A stretch of DNA of 63,595 bases, counting the filler, from Licmophora abbreviata (Eukaryota): the NCBI GenBank assembly GCA_900291995.1. It is 12 parts of 12 records of this genome, joined end to end, with 100 filler letters (N's around TTAATTAATTAA, not from the genome) between each part and the next. Parts side by side here need not be neighbours in the genome. Positions count along the whole stretch, not along the records: positions 1 to 7,438 come from OLMU01004193.1; positions 7,539 to 8,950 come from OLMU01004194.1; positions 9,051 to 14,041 come from OLMU01004195.1; 9 more parts are not named here. One strand, written 5' to 3'. How positions within the stretch are numbered: the first letter of the stretch is position 1; each line of letters begins with the position of its first letter. Both the position numbers and the translations under genes were made by a program. This document shows, piece by piece, positions 1-12,411 of this stretch. The notes under the pieces are model-generated. The model worked only from the letters and a program-made list of their open reading frames with translations. It was not told the DNA's origin and made no database searches.

Positions 1-240
1 ACGGTCAGCAGTCGCTCGACCTCGGACAGCCTGAGTCTGGAGTGGAGCTGTAAACAAATGCCCGTCGTAGTCGAGATTCGTGCACCCACCGATTGTGCCC
101 ACGCCGCGTATGTGCGGCGCAAGACAAGGACAGTAATGCCCAAACTAACTTTTTATACCAAGTTTTATTTACGAGTACAGTTGCACATTCAATCAACAAT
201 TATAAACAACGAAATCAAACGGAACTCTTTGACATGTGTT

Positions 241-2944
241 TCATACGGCGAAAGCCCCTTCTGGAAGAACTTCGGGGTCTGAAGTCGAATCAGCGCCCCC
301 GGGAGAAAGCGGGTTGTCCCATACAATCTTGGAGCGATCGAGCGTAAAGTAGTAGAAGCTTCCGCTCTTTTGGTCCAAAGCCTTTGCCCATCCGACTGCG
401 AAGAGTGCCTCGTCCGTCGGAACGCCCTCTGGTAGGTTCTCCGCCGGATGAGAGGCAAGTGCGTTGGGCTCTTCATCCTTCTTCAACATTGGCGAGCTAT
501 CCAAGACGGACGAATCGATCGAATACTCTAGAGACGTGCCCGAGTCAGTTCGTTGTACGGCGGGAGGCGCCTTCTTCGCGCCATTCATGTTCATGGTATA
601 CTTGTCATACCTGGGTGCATCCTCCCTTTCGTCCTGCGCAGCAGCGATAATGGCGATCTGGCGAGCCCTTTCCTTCTCAATTTCTTCCTTTGACCTCTTC
701 TTGCGTCTCGACTGCAATGTACGAGAGGAGACAACGAGTGTGTGAGCTATAGACAGTCCTTGCACTACATCCCAGTGGCGAGCCTTCCACTTACCCTTGG
801 CGTAACCCCACCACTTTTGGGAGAAATATTCTCGTCATCCTCTCCCTTCTTCAATCCGTTGCGAAATTCCTTCAACAAGGCACTATTTGTGTGCACGGTG
901 GTCGTCGCTTCTGACGAAGCTGCGACACTGGAAGCCACCTGTTTCTGAGTCGGCGACGGAGAACGACTGGGGAATCGCACTCTCTCCGGGGTAGGCGGTT
1001 CATCCCGATTAAATCGGGAAGCACTCTTTGCAGGCGGCTTTGCCGCCTCGCCACTACCGTTACTGCGCAGGTTCAGAATAGGATCCTCATCCGATGATGC
1101 CGCCGAAAAGGCTTCAGAATTGGCGTGACGTTCCACATCGGGTGGCGCATCGAGAAGATCCATTTCGTCTTCCAAGTCGTCCGAAAGTGCTACAACAGGA
1201 TCCACCGCACGAGAAGACGGCTTGGCATCAAGGCGATTGGGAGTCCCCACGAGATCAGCGGTAATGACAGTCTCGTCTGCATCTGGCGAGGTGATAGACA
1301 CATCAATCGACGTCTCTTTGTTGGCATTGACAGGTGAGACGATGACTCCAGGATCGTCAAATGCCGCATTGGTCACCTCGTTCGCCATGAAACCACCCTG
1401 ATCGGCACAACCGCAAAGATTGGCCATTAACATGGTGGGCGTCACAAGACGCTGGACCGGCTCCGAAGTCCACTCTCGACGATTCTTCTCCCAGCTCTTA
1501 CCCAAAACATTAAGCAGCAAGCTGCGTGTCATCTTGGTAGTATACGGAGGTTCAAAGTTCGGCGCAAAGTAGTTTGTCGGGACGCCATTGCGCAACAGGT
1601 AAATACCATGTGGGCGCGCCACTTCTTCCGGCGTGGCACCACCCTCAATGTACGACAACTGAGGATCCAAGTACTGTGGTCCTGTTTCACGCCATGTATC
1701 AATGACACGCTCTGCGTGTGCAAAGTAACGGTTCATGTGCTTGACCGTCTTCCAGCGGACTTTGCGCGCGAGCGTAATCTGAAAGGGCCTCTTGGTCCAC
1801 TGGGCCCCGAGGGGTGCAAAGTACTCGTACAACTGATTGTGCATGAATTCCAAACACCAGTTGGGCCAGTCATCGGGGGGCGTGTCCTCGTTGCGTTCAC
1901 AGCCGAATCGCACCACCAAGTCAGGCGGACTCACGCCATTGACGCTGAGTGCCTCCGGAACCAAAGCCATGTGCGGAATGAAGACTTCACCGCGTGCCAA
2001 GGCTGCAATGATAGTATCGATTGCTTCAGGACTTTCCGCATCAATCTGAATAATGGGAATGTGGACAGTGTCGGGGGCCGCAATTTTTTCTTCTGTCGTC
2101 ATGGGCGCCAGATTGTTGTTCATGCCAGCGGGCGATGCGGGAGGATCTGCGCCGCCACCGCTTCGCTCTCCACCACCTGCCAGCCATCCGTTGGCGTCCG
2201 TGGAGCTCACATACTTGTAAGCACGGTCCTGTAGTTCGTTGAAGTCAAAGGCCGTCTGTCGAGTGACGGTATCCGGGTGTCCAACCGACGTGTGACGACG
2301 ACTCAAACTCAGCCCAATCGTCACCGAGTTTTTGGACTGCTTGGGAGTAGCAGATGTACTGACTTGACCCGGATTGTCCTGAATGGAAGAAGGGGGCATG
2401 ACACTGCTAGTCGGTTTGGTAGACCTTCCAATAGGCGCCGGTTCTTCGATCCCAATCGAGTGTGCAATCGATCCAAGCACATTGGGCTGGCCCATGGCTC
2501 CGATGGGCTTGGGGCCGCTCGCACTCGTCCCAGCCGCGGAAGCACTACTAGACTGCTGCTGCTTTTGCGTGCCGCTTCCTGTGCCTTGAGGAGACGCTTT
2601 TCCCGTTCCGCCATGGCTGCGGGAGTCATGGTCTGAGGATTGTCCGTGACTTCCGACACGAGGGCACGGGCAAAGAGGGCCGAGGTAGGATTCATAGTCT
2701 GATCTTCTGCCCGAACGTCGTCATTGTCCAAGTCACCGGGTTCTTTCTTGTCTTGATTGACAGGAGAAGAAATGCAAAGAGCGTCAGCTTTGGCCAGGAG
2801 ACTGCTGGTTACAGACGCGTTGGACGGGTCCTGACTCGTAGTATCGATGGATCCGCACATGGCATTGGTGGCTCCGTCCAGTAAGGCGGACCCAGGAAAC
2901 TCGGTGGACTTTTGGGCCTTTGGGGAGGAAGGATTGTTTCCCAT
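241..2944 (-). CDS. Putative N-myristoylated protein with a C-terminal WW domain (intron 712-794; apparent 1-nt frameshift near 2563)
   Basis: Starts MGNNPSS (MGxxxS). ORF 2321-2944 joins ORF 765-2495 if one A is added in CGC-AAAAG-CAG (giving RKKQQQSSS...GAMGQPN). An 83-nt GTAAGT...TTGCAG intron joins TPR|SRRKK in phase 0. The C-terminal GWAKALDQKSGSFYYFTLDRSKIVWDNP is a WW signature. Confidence 0.75.
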
Positions 2945-3785
2945 GTTAAGTTTTTGCTTGTTTTTAAAGTCGGTGAAAAAATGGAGTCAAATAGATACTC
3001 TGGAGTAGTCTCCTACGAAAAGTACGATTCCAGCGATCGGCGACGATGAAAATTGACAAAAAGTTGCACGGGAAACTCGCTTCCTCTGTTTTCTGGAGCA
3101 AAGACAAGAGGGCTTTGAATGCAAGGAAACTACAGCCAAAGTAGTCTCTGTGAGTGCGCGGCCTTCTTTGTTGCGGCAACGAATGCAGTTGCTCGCTACA
3201 AACGACCGACGGCGCCGCCACACGACAGAAGTGTCCAACAAGCGAGCGTGGAAAAAGTGAGCGAGGCTGGTGTTTTTATGATTGTATATTGTATATCCAG
3301 TCCTTAATAAGGTTATAAAAATGCCATCTGAACCGTCTTTGCAGCACTTTGGAGCATCTTCTGAGTGAATTGACGGAAAGGCAGCCTGCCTCAATGGACG
3401 GAACCAAGTCAGTGGTACCCTATCAACACGACAAAGCTTGGGCTTGTTCATAAACGGCCCACAAAATCTCATGGCCATGGCCTGCGGCTGCCGTCTCCAA
3501 GAGGTCTTCAACGATTAATAGTCATTTGTTTATCCGTTGAAGAAAATATATCCGCTCACGAGAAACATAAAAGGGTTCGGGATAAAATGTCATTGGATTC
3601 CATGGTCGACGTCACACCTCCGAAACCCGGAGATTTGCGACACCGTGTCGCGAGCTCTCACTCACACTTGTGGCGACCTCGAGCACCGGCGATCACCACA
3701 ACTTCGAAACTTCGAAACTTGAAACTGCCGCGGTCCGCCATGATGTGTGAGCCACAGCCACAGCCACAGCCACACACGAAACGAT

Positions 3786-4961
3786 ATGACGACGAAACGG
3801 CAGCACTCCAGCCCCCACAAGACACTCTGGATCGGCGGCTCGTCTGGTCTGGCCCGTACTTACGTGGGTGTCTACGGCTGTGACGGATTAGTTCTAGTAG
3901 GACTGGAACAGCATCCCCCCGCGTGGATCGACACTTACACTTCGACTGCCGATGACGATGCATGTCACTATTACTCGTGCGACTTGACGAATCCACTGTC
4001 GGTGCAATCACTGGTGGACGACCTCTTTCGCTCGTTCGCCCTTTCACTCGATTCCATGATTGTCAGTGTTCGGGCACCGCTCGTAACGGGCAATGGACGA
4101 CACGAGGACTTGCTCGATGGCATCGAGGTCCTCGCACGCCACGCCCTGAACAAGCTCGGTATTCGGCATGTCGTGCACGTCAGTTCCGTGGCGGCTGTCA
4201 ATCACCTACGAGCACAAGTCGAATGGAATGAAGATGTCACTATGCCACCCATGACGACCTACTCGGCGAGCTATGATCTCTTCAAACGAAAGAGCGAAGA
4301 CATCTTGGACCGAGTGATGTCTAGCAATACTCAAAGAGATTCCTTTGTTCAATGCACTCATTTACGAGTCAGCGCCTTATTTTCCGATTCACCCCACTGC
4401 ATTCAGTGCGGTGCCTTGGCATTGCAGACACGCCTCAGTGCCTATCTGTCTACCAAGATTGACTGCAACTCCAGTCGGAATGTCGCAGTCGCCTTGCACT
4501 TGCTGTTGACACGTATGCGAACACGAACCAACGCGGAGGATACTCCCACAACAGGAGCAAAGTCGTCTTCACGAACACTACTACTGCCAGTCTATTATTA
4601 CACTCGACCGTCGTCATTGCCACAGCCCATTGCGTATGGGGAGTACTTGATGGAGTTTCGCCGTGCGTGTGACGTACACTATTCTCTGTGGATACCCATG
4701 TGGTTGGTGGAGGGATTTGTACGGCTCGTGCAGTACCTCACCCTGCATACATTTCTGCAGTACATTCCAACTATCGTCTGCGTCAATTATTTGCTCCAAG
4801 TCAGTGCGAGAGAGCATTCCTTTGACAATACCAAGTTCTTGGCTGCTTTCCCGGAAATAAGTAAGTATGAAGAGACCATTTACGAGTGCTTTGTACGACG
4901 ACGACACGTATTGGCGATGCATGCCCAGCGGGTCCAACAGAACAAGAAGAAGACGCAATAG
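3786..4961 (+). CDS. NAD(P)-dependent epimerase/dehydratase (extended SDR)
   Basis: Rossmann-like WIGGSSGLA, HVSSVAAV and catalytic YxxxK (YDLFK). First in-frame ATG is at 3786. Confidence 0.75.
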   Translation: MTTKRQHSSPHKTLWIGGSSGLARTYVGVYGCDGLVLVGLEQHPPAWIDTYTSTADDDACHYYSCDLTNPLSVQSLVDDLFRSFALSLDSMIVSVRAPLVTGNGRHEDLLDGIEVLARHALNKLGIRHVVHVSSVAAVNHLRAQVEWNEDVTMPPMTTYSASYDLFKRKSEDILDRVMSSNTQRDSFVQCTHLRVSALFSDSPHCIQCGALALQTRLSAYLSTKIDCNSSRNVAVALHLLLTRMRTRTNAEDTPTTGAKSSSRTLLLPVYYYTRPSSLPQPIAYGEYLMEFRRACDVHYSLWIPMWLVEGFVRLVQYLTLHTFLQYIPTIVCVNYLLQVSAREHSFDNTKFLAAFPEISKYEETIYECFVRRRHVLAMHAQRVQQNKKKTQ

Positions 4962-5062
4962 ACCGTCATATTGTACACAAAGAAAGCTTTCGCTATACCA
5001 GACATTCCCAGTGTCTAGTGTTTCCCTTGCATTCTTCCGACATCCGCCGGAACACCCCCTTG

Positions 5063-6771
5063 CTACAATCTGGCGCTGGGCCTCACAGCGCTTTCCTTGC
5101 TGGTCGAATCGCTAGTCGTACTCCCCTGGCTACTCGTGGCTGTTTCCTCCTCCGCATAGCTATCGTAATCGTCGCGATCGTCCACACTCTCCTCAACTTC
5201 TTCTTCCCCAAACTCATCTTCTTCCTCCTCCCCTTCTTCTTCTTCCTTCTCTGCTTCTCCCATGTGCGTCGTTGCAGGAGCTTCACTCTTCGTCTCAAAG
5301 ATACGTAGTTTGACCTTCCCCTGTTCTTCCCACGGAAGACATACAACGGCGCCATTTGCCTTTCCCTGTTCAATGTACCCATGGGCATCGGCTACATCTT
5401 TCAATGTGACAAGGCGATCAATGCACACAGAGCTTTCTCGTCGCTTGAGCATACCGAAAACGTGTTTCAGGTCGGACTGTGAACAATCGTTGGAAAGAGG
5501 AGTGGGTCGGTTGGTTAGCGAAACACGCAGGCTGAGGATGGCACATGGCTGCAACGTCCGCCCTCTTACCTTGAACTGAGCAGGATCATTCTGAAAGCTG
5601 CTCCACACATCATACATTTCTGTCTTGGACATGAACCAAGTGGCATTCGCACTGGCCAAAATGGCAGACATGGGCGCCCCACACAAGAAATTGGCTTCTT
5701 CGGTGTTCATGAGACCGTGCATGCCGACGCACACCAAAATTCCTTTGGTGTTGAGTGCTGCACGGGGGGACTCGAAACTATCCTGACACTGTCCATCAAA
5801 CACAATGTCCATTTTCCCTTTCACCACTTGCAGCCAATCTTTCGCCAGGGGTGGAAGTGGTGACGCATGCAGCTCTTGACGCACTTCCTGATGGCGGTAT
5901 TTCGGTGCTGTGGCAAACACCGTTGCTCCCGTATTCTGGCATAGTTGAATGAAGGATCTCGCGATTGGCCCAAACGCCCCCGTTACGAGCACCTTCTTGC
6001 CCTTCAGCAAGTAGTCATCAAAGTCGGTTCGCTCCTCATCACGAATTACGTGCGCCAAGGCCTTTTTGAATCCTTGGTAAGCACACATGTAGATCGAGAC
6101 CATGCAGGCGGCTTCTGCAGAATCGACACTCATCGGGACCTTTACCAAGCTCGAGGCGGGGACCGTGACATAACGAGCATTGCCGCCTAGTCGTACTAGG
6201 GCGGCGACACGTTGCCCTGTTGTCCAATTCGGCTCAACTTGAGAGCCACGGGCAACGATGCGTCCTACGACATCGTAGCCGGGAGTAGCGGGAAGGTGAA
6301 TGCAGCTGTTGAGGCCAGGATCCATCCCGCGCCGAAGAATAATGTCATTATGTGTAACCGTGGATGCCTAGTGACACAAGAGGAGAGAGGTTTTGGTGAA
6401 CAAGAAAGCACGCACGTTGAATGCAAGTATCTGTTCCGTCGTCCTCTTCTTTGTCTTACCTGGACCTTGATGAGCACCTCCGTTGCAGAAATCTTTGTCG
6501 GAACAGCCCCTTCAGACTTGAGAACAGTAAGAAGAGCACGAGGATCATCCCCAAACTCCTGATAGACAACTTTGGCTTGGGGTTGAGATCGAGCTGCGTT
6601 CGACCGGACAGATACTTCGTCCCGTGTCGGCACTAAGACAGTGGTCGGTTGTTTCGCAGATCGCCTACTCAAAGGCCAGATTCCTCTTCGCTGTTGACGT
6701 TCCGTCTTCTCATGCTTCGATTTTTTCTCTTCCGGCTTTTGCTGAGCGACTTTCTTGCGACGAAATCTCAT
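5063..6771 (-). CDS. MDR-family (quinone oxidoreductase/VAT-1-like) NAD(P)H oxidoreductase, 3 exons (introns 6368-6459, 5477-5569)
   Basis: EVLIKVQ|ASTVTHND, PATPGYDVVG, GGNARY, VLVTGAFGPI, AHGYIEQGK. Donors are GTAAGA and acceptors TAG/CAG. Acidic tail ends in -ARL. Confidence 0.85.
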
Positions 6772-6936
6772 CGTTGGTCCTTCAAAGCCGATCGATCAAC
6801 ACACAAACAGACAAAAACAACATGATGTGTGTTTCGAAGTCTGTTTCGAAAATTGGCGAGGATGACTCGGCAGGCTGGCGCGCCCAACGCCAGAGCGGAT
6901 TGCGACTCATCCGACTGGTCATTGAACTTCAACCGT

Positions 6937-6950
6937 GACTCACTCGACTC
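6937..6950. promoter_or_regulatory. Candidate cis-element GACTCAYTCGACT in a divergent promoter
   Basis: Exact 14-mer GACTCACTCGACTC also occurs at 20884 and 20928; the reverse variant is at 39947 and 40173. Confidence 0.4.
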
Positions 6951-7106
6951 CGATTGAGTCGTACTTTCAAAACTTGGGAGGAAAGATGAACTGGCAAAAC
7001 TGCAGTCTGCAAGGAACCCATTGCTATGTGAATGCGACGGCACACGGCGAACTCACGACCCAAGAACGACAACGAAGGACTCACAAAATCTCAATTCGTT
7101 AGATAG

Positions 7107-9260
7107 ATGAGGATCTTGCTTGTTCTATTTGCAGCGTGCTCCGTTGCTGGCGCCGTTCAGCCTTCCGAATTCTTCGGCGCGACCAACCGCGACGCCTACA
7201 TTGACTGGCATGCGACGTCGAGCTTTCGGTATTCGCATGTCGTATATGCTCCCGCCACTGCTGACACGGGAGCGGCAATCCACTGGAGTATTGTAGACGA
7301 TTCAATTCATTTGGCAGTCGCTGTACGAGCTACCGGATGGGCTGGCTTTGGACTGGCCGAAGCGGGCGCCATGCCGGGAAGCGACATGGTCCTCTACACG
7401 GCCGCCGCGGACAGCGTGACGGATGCACACGTCAAGGANNNNNNNNNNNNNNNNNNNNNNNNNNNNNNNNNNNNNNNNNNNNTTAATTAATTAANNNNNN
7501 NNNNNNNNNNNNNNNNNNNNNNNNNNNNNNNNNNNNNNCAAGACTGGTCACTAATAAATTCTCGAACGGGTGGAGGGTTTTTGATATTTGAGGTCGTTCG
7601 AGCCTTGGATACGGGCGATCCTCAGGATCGGGCCATAGTCAATGATGCAGAAGCCGCAGTATTGCCGCACCGCGTCATTTCGGCATGGGGGGATACAGAA
7701 CAAGTGCTTTATCATGGTCCTCAAAGTAGAGTTAAATTTGCTGTTCGACTCTTCGGAGAGCCAGACCTTGACGAATTAGAAGTCTTTCGGCGATCCATGT
7801 CGACAGCCGCCGAGGGGTCATTCGACGTGCGGGCTGTTAACTATCCCGTCAAGACCGTCGAGACGGAATATGCGAACTTTTGCGCATCCGTTTCCAATTT
7901 TCAAGACCAAGGAGTGCCTGGTGACATTCCCTTGCACGTCGTCGGTATCGAACCCATTGTGGATCAGGCTGCTGTCCGGCACGTCCATCACTTTGTTGTC
8001 TACGGACGAAAGAATGACATCCAGCCATGGGAAGGATGTTTCGATGATGCGAGTGAAGTTGCCTACGCTTGGGCGCCGGGGGAATTTCCCATAACATTTC
8101 CAGCCAATGTTGGTGGTCCTCTTGGTACGAACAGTGGATTTGTGGGGTTCCGGCTCCAGATTCACTACGACAACCCCTTGGGCATCAGTGGTGTCACGGA
8201 CAACAGTGGGGTTCGGTTCTATTACACTAGCCAGCTTCGAGAACACGACATGGGTGTCCTGCGACTAGGCGACCCGCTAGTACTCCTCGGAGGCATACGA
8301 GTTGGGAACGGGAATGGGGACCTTGTGAAACATAGTTTTGGGTGTCCTGGCACGTGCACAACGAGAGCCCTCACAAATATTCCCTCAATAACTATCATGC
8401 GAGAATATCTTCATATGCATGCGACTGGAAAGGTAATGGTCAACGAGCAGATTCGAAATGGACAAGTCATTCGAGCGGGCAAAGTCGAGTTCTGGGACTT
8501 TGATGCTCAAGGAAACCAGGGGGTCCGACAACGAGAATTCGAAGTGCGTCCTGGGGACTCGTTCAAAACGACTTGCTACTTCTCACCAGACACGGACACT
8601 CGTTTTGGACTGGGATCATCTGATGAAATGTGCATGGCGTTCCTATTCTATTATCCCCGAATAGATATGAACAGAGGAAACTCGCATGTATGTGGCTACA
8701 CTGGCATTCCGTTCTGTTCTGGTAGTTGGGAGCAGGAAACGGTGAGCGACTTTACCGGGCTCGGGCGTACCTTTGGAGAATCCAAGGGCTCGTGCCCTGT
8801 GACACCGACGCCGACGATCGCACCGATCACTCTGGAATCGACGCCGACGATCGCACCGATCACTCTGGAATCGACGCCGACGATTGCACCGATCACTCTG
8901 GAACCGACGCCGACGATTGCACCGATCACTCTGGAACCGACGCCGACAATNNNNNNNNNNNNNNNNNNNNNNNNNNNNNNNNNNNNNNNNNNNNTTAATT
9001 AATTAANNNNNNNNNNNNNNNNNNNNNNNNNNNNNNNNNNNNNNNNNNNNACGATTGCACCGATCACTCTGGAACCGACGCCGACGATTGAACCGATCAC
9101 TCTGGAACCGACGCCGACAATGGCGCCGATGACGCCGGGGGCAACGTCACCTATAGGGCCTGACGAGTTGGTGCCGCTGCCCACATCTGACTGTGTTCGA
9201 AGTGGAACGACGTGGGCAATGGGAGTTATTCTTGCATTGTTAGTCTCGGCATATAGGTAG
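7107..9260 (+). CDS. DOMON + copper type II ascorbate-dependent monooxygenase (DBH/MOXD1-like) with Pro/Thr stalk and hydrophobic C-terminus; spans two assembly gaps
   Basis: Signal peptide MRILLVLFAACSVAG; DOMON (GWAGFGL...GAMPGSDMV...QDW); Cu-ligand motifs HVHHF, IHYDNP, HMH, DEMC. The repeat continues after the gap at 9051 to WAMGVILALLVSAYR-TAG (9258-9260). Confidence 0.88.
7439..7538. other. Artificial contig spacer
   Basis: N44-TTAATTAATTAA-N44 (stops in all six frames). Confidence 0.97.
8803..9120 (+). repeat. 30-bp coding tandem repeat (TPTIAPITLE[S/P]), interrupted by an assembly gap
   Basis: Unit ACGCCGACGAT(C/T)GCACCGATCACTCTGGAA(T/C)CG is present on both sides of gap 8951-9050. 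Confidence 0.9.
8951..9050. other. Artificial contig spacer
   Basis: Same 100-nt spacer. Confidence 0.97.
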
Positions 9261-9517
9261 TACGAGTACGCACGGAGCGATTCCACTCAGGTCACGCTTC
9301 TCTTCTTCCTACTTTGCCCATGGAGAATTGCAAGGAGTTGGGCTTCTTCTTTCCTCGGCGTGGCAAATGACTTGCTCCTGTCTAATATTAGTATACAGAT
9401 GAACTCTCTGCGCATGACCTTTGAGTAGTATGATGACACCTTTTACTACCTGCAAACTACAAACACTCCATACAATACCTCTCGTCCTTTTAACTCAGCT
9501 TGTTTGTGAAATTCGAC

Positions 9518-10282
9518 TCATCCAATGCAGTGTCCATCGCAGTCGCTCACTCCGCAGGCGTCCTCAATCAAGTTGGAACAATCCAACGCAATGTTGTTTC
9601 CGCACACGGTGCAAGAGTTGCACTTCAGATCTGTGGTCGGGTCCAGCGAATCGGCGGACTCCGACATGTAGATAGAGCAACGACCGCATTCCAGCAGACT
9701 TTCATCTTCGGGGCAGTCAGTAAGAAAGGTGACAAAGCCCGGCCGGGGCCAGTTGCTCACGCCACACCCCAGGAAATCGTTCGAAGCGCAGCTGATAGTC
9801 TCATCATCGCTGTTTTGGCGCCCCGCCAATCCAAGGATGAGACCCGCAGTCACACCGGCAATGACTACCACAATTCCCAAGAACAAAGCGATTTTCATAC
9901 ATCGCTTGTTGCATGTCGAATCATTGACTCCTTTCGTATCTTTCCTTTGTTCGGACATAGACGAGGTTTGATGTGTCGGGAGGAATAGGATAGCAGCACG
10001 CGGGGCGCGTCGAGTACCTTCTTCAGCATGCTGCATGGAGACGACAGGATGTTCTGTCAGATCAGCCGTGGTCTGTTGTTCTCGCTTGATCTGGGTAGTA
10101 ATGTTCGACGTTCCCGGTTCGGGGTCTTCCGGTGGAGTCAGCGACAGCTTTGCATGGGGTGCAGGACAATGGTTTGACGTCGACCCACCATGACGATCTA
10201 GAAGATCCCTGGAGGGGGCTCGAATTTGCTGTAAGCCTTCGTCCGACTCGCGCTGGTTGGTTTGCTGGGAGATGCCGTACAT
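9518..10282 (-). CDS. Type II single-pass membrane protein with one C-terminal 12-Cys module (family member 1)
   Basis: TM IALFLGIVVVIAGVTAGLILGL, then DCP..CxxC..CNxCxxC..DCSN..C..DCDGHC. Confidence 0.75.
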   Translation of the reverse strand: MYGISQQTNQRESDEGLQQIRAPSRDLLDRHGGSTSNHCPAPHAKLSLTPPEDPEPGTSNITTQIKREQQTTADLTEHPVVSMQHAEEGTRRAPRAAILFLPTHQTSSMSEQRKDTKGVNDSTCNKRCMKIALFLGIVVVIAGVTAGLILGLAGRQNSDDETISCASNDFLGCGVSNWPRPGFVTFLTDCPEDESLLECGRCSIYMSESADSLDPTTDLKCNSCTVCGNNIALDCSNLIEDACGVSDCDGHCIG

Positions 10283-11065
10283 GGTCCCGTGGACTCAGAG
10301 TCCGTTTCGAACTCGATTGATTCAGGAGCTAGGCAAAATGTCAAAATTGGGTTCAATTCAACACTATCTTCAACTCTCTTGGACAGATTCGTATATTGGA
10401 AATAGGTTGCGCACAGTCAATAGAGTCTTTGTGCAAAAGAAACTTGTTTTGTCGCGTGTGATCGACTTGTCTCTCACCGCCGCGGTACGATACTGGTAGA
10501 TTCCAACCACCGCCATCAGCGGAGGACGCGTATCCTAGTGACGAGCCGAAAGCACGCACATGTTCGAATGTATTGGGTCTTGGGCAACATAAGTGAAGTC
10601 TTGGGCGTCCGTATCATGACATTTTCGACCTTTTTGCACCCCTGAAGGCCTCGGTCATGGGTTTTTTGGACTACTGGCACGGTTTCATGATGCAGGCCGA
10701 TACTTGTACCTACGGATGCCGATCGCTAGTATAGGGTCACGATAGGGTCACGATTTCCCGTGCTTCTGATGAGCTGGTAGAATGTAGGTCTAATTGACAA
10801 AACTAAACATTAAGGGTTACTTCTTTTAGAAGTTGCTTGCTACCAAATGCAGACGAAGAGTCCTCAACGCATCACCGACGGTTCGAAAGCTTGGAGCAAA
10901 CGAGAGTATTGAAGCACCCTATCTATTCGGAATATCCTCTTGGGGCGTCGGCGACTTTTGCGCTCCTACTGTAGGCCAGAGTATCCAAACGAGAACGCAC
11001 ACAGCAAATGTGACCCATTCCCGTAAACCTAGAGACGCCCCTGGCACAATCGCACCCCCTCGTGT

Positions 11066-11956
11066 TCACCCTGGTCCAATGCACTGCTGTTCGCAGTCTG
11101 TAATCGCACATGATCCAGTTCCCAGGTTGGTGCAGTTAAGAGATATTCCGTTCTCGCACACGGTACAACTGTTGCATTTTGGATCTGCATCCATATCCAG
11201 TTTCGCAATACTCTCCGTTCGATAGATGGCACACGTTCCACACACCGTGACGCTTGCTGGGCAAGTCGGGCATGACAGTGACGACACATCGTACTTGGGA
11301 CAGTCCGTAAGGACAAGTACGTAGCCGCTTGCAGGCCAATCCTCCACTGCACAGGCGACCGAATCGCCATCCTGGTGGACACAGACTGCGCCCTCATACT
11401 GCAGTCCCCCAGCAGTAGCGTCAGTCGTATCCGTCCCGTCGCCCCTGGACGCGGCCAAGGCAATGCAAGCTCCGATTCCCCCTCCAATCAACAGTAGTCC
11501 GACCAAGAGGCACGCAAAGTAGCATGGTCTACGAGCGAGATCCGCGCTGGCTCCCAAACACCGCAGACACCCCCAGTGTCGCTTGTGCTCTGGAGGAGTC
11601 TCTCCCGTGACAATTGCATCCAGCCGGTACTGATGGTGCTCGTGCAATTCGTCCGCGAAGGAATCCTGATGCAAGGCAGAAGACTCGACCGAGAATCCGG
11701 ACTCTTCCTCGTCTTGTTGCGTAATGTCACTGTCACTCCGCATGAAGGGGATGGGAAGCGTTCTGGAGGAGGGCGCAACGAGAGTAGTTCGGCGTTGTTC
11801 CTGTGGAAGTGCGCGGCGAGGATGAGTCTCACCGAAGGCCTCCTCCTCTTCTGGAAGATTCGTCGTCGACGTCGTCGTCGCAGTGCCGGGTGCCGAAGCT
11901 GTACTTTCATTTGCCAGCACCTGCTGAACATGCGTTTCTCGAGCAATCCTGTACAT
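11066..11956 (-). CDS. Type II membrane protein with a Cys-rich module (family member 2; extra CxxC insert)
   Basis: TM FACLLVGLLLIGGGIGACIALAA; module DWP..DCP..CNSCTVC..NCTN..DCEQQCIG. Confidence 0.75.
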   Translation of the reverse strand: MYRIARETHVQQVLANESTASAPGTATTTSTTNLPEEEEAFGETHPRRALPQEQRRTTLVAPSSRTLPIPFMRSDSDITQQDEEESGFSVESSALHQDSFADELHEHHQYRLDAIVTGETPPEHKRHWGCLRCLGASADLARRPCYFACLLVGLLLIGGGIGACIALAASRGDGTDTTDATAGGLQYEGAVCVHQDGDSVACAVEDWPASGYVLVLTDCPKYDVSSLSCPTCPASVTVCGTCAIYRTESIAKLDMDADPKCNSCTVCENGISLNCTNLGTGSCAITDCEQQCIGPG

Positions 11957-12411
11957 GATGGTTCGATGGATATTCTGGGGACAGTGAACTTCAATCGATA
12001 CAAGTGAGCGAAGCGTCTAGGAAGAGCCAATGGAGAGATGTGGAAAACAGCGTCGTCCTTCCACCTATAGGCGCGACGCCTCATGTCGTGGTTGTTGGAG
12101 CGGATGACCCTAGTCCTGATCCTCACACGCAATGCGCGCGCGACACACGACACAGGACGACGCGTCATCACAGACGATCAACGCCTTCGTCTTTTCATCC
12201 TTATCACTTGAACTGCTGTATGAATGATACAGTACTACATTCCTTCCGTCGCCATGTCAAAATCATATCTCTACGTCGTACTTCTAACACACGCAATCAT
12301 GACGAAAAGACAAACATTTGGATCATGCTAGGCTGGAAACAGGAATGAATGTGCATGATTGATACCTATACTTAAATATCTAAGTACATTCGACTCCTTA
12401 CACCGCAATCA

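Noticed and set aside
2555..2575. Programmed ribosomal frameshifting
   Set aside because: No canonical X XXY YYZ heptamer, and similar indels recur at unrelated homopolymers, favouring sequencing error.
2964..3511. ORFs of 174 and 85 aa in the divergent intergenic region
   Set aside because: Non-ATG starts, no motifs, promoter-like position.
8803..9120. 30-bp repeats as a possible CRISPR array
   Set aside because: Head-to-tail with no spacers, in-frame coding, eukaryotic context, no cas genes.
10729..10753. 12-bp tandem ATAGGGTCACG(A), loosely telomere-like
   Set aside because: Only two copies and not TTAGGG; a simple slippage duplication.
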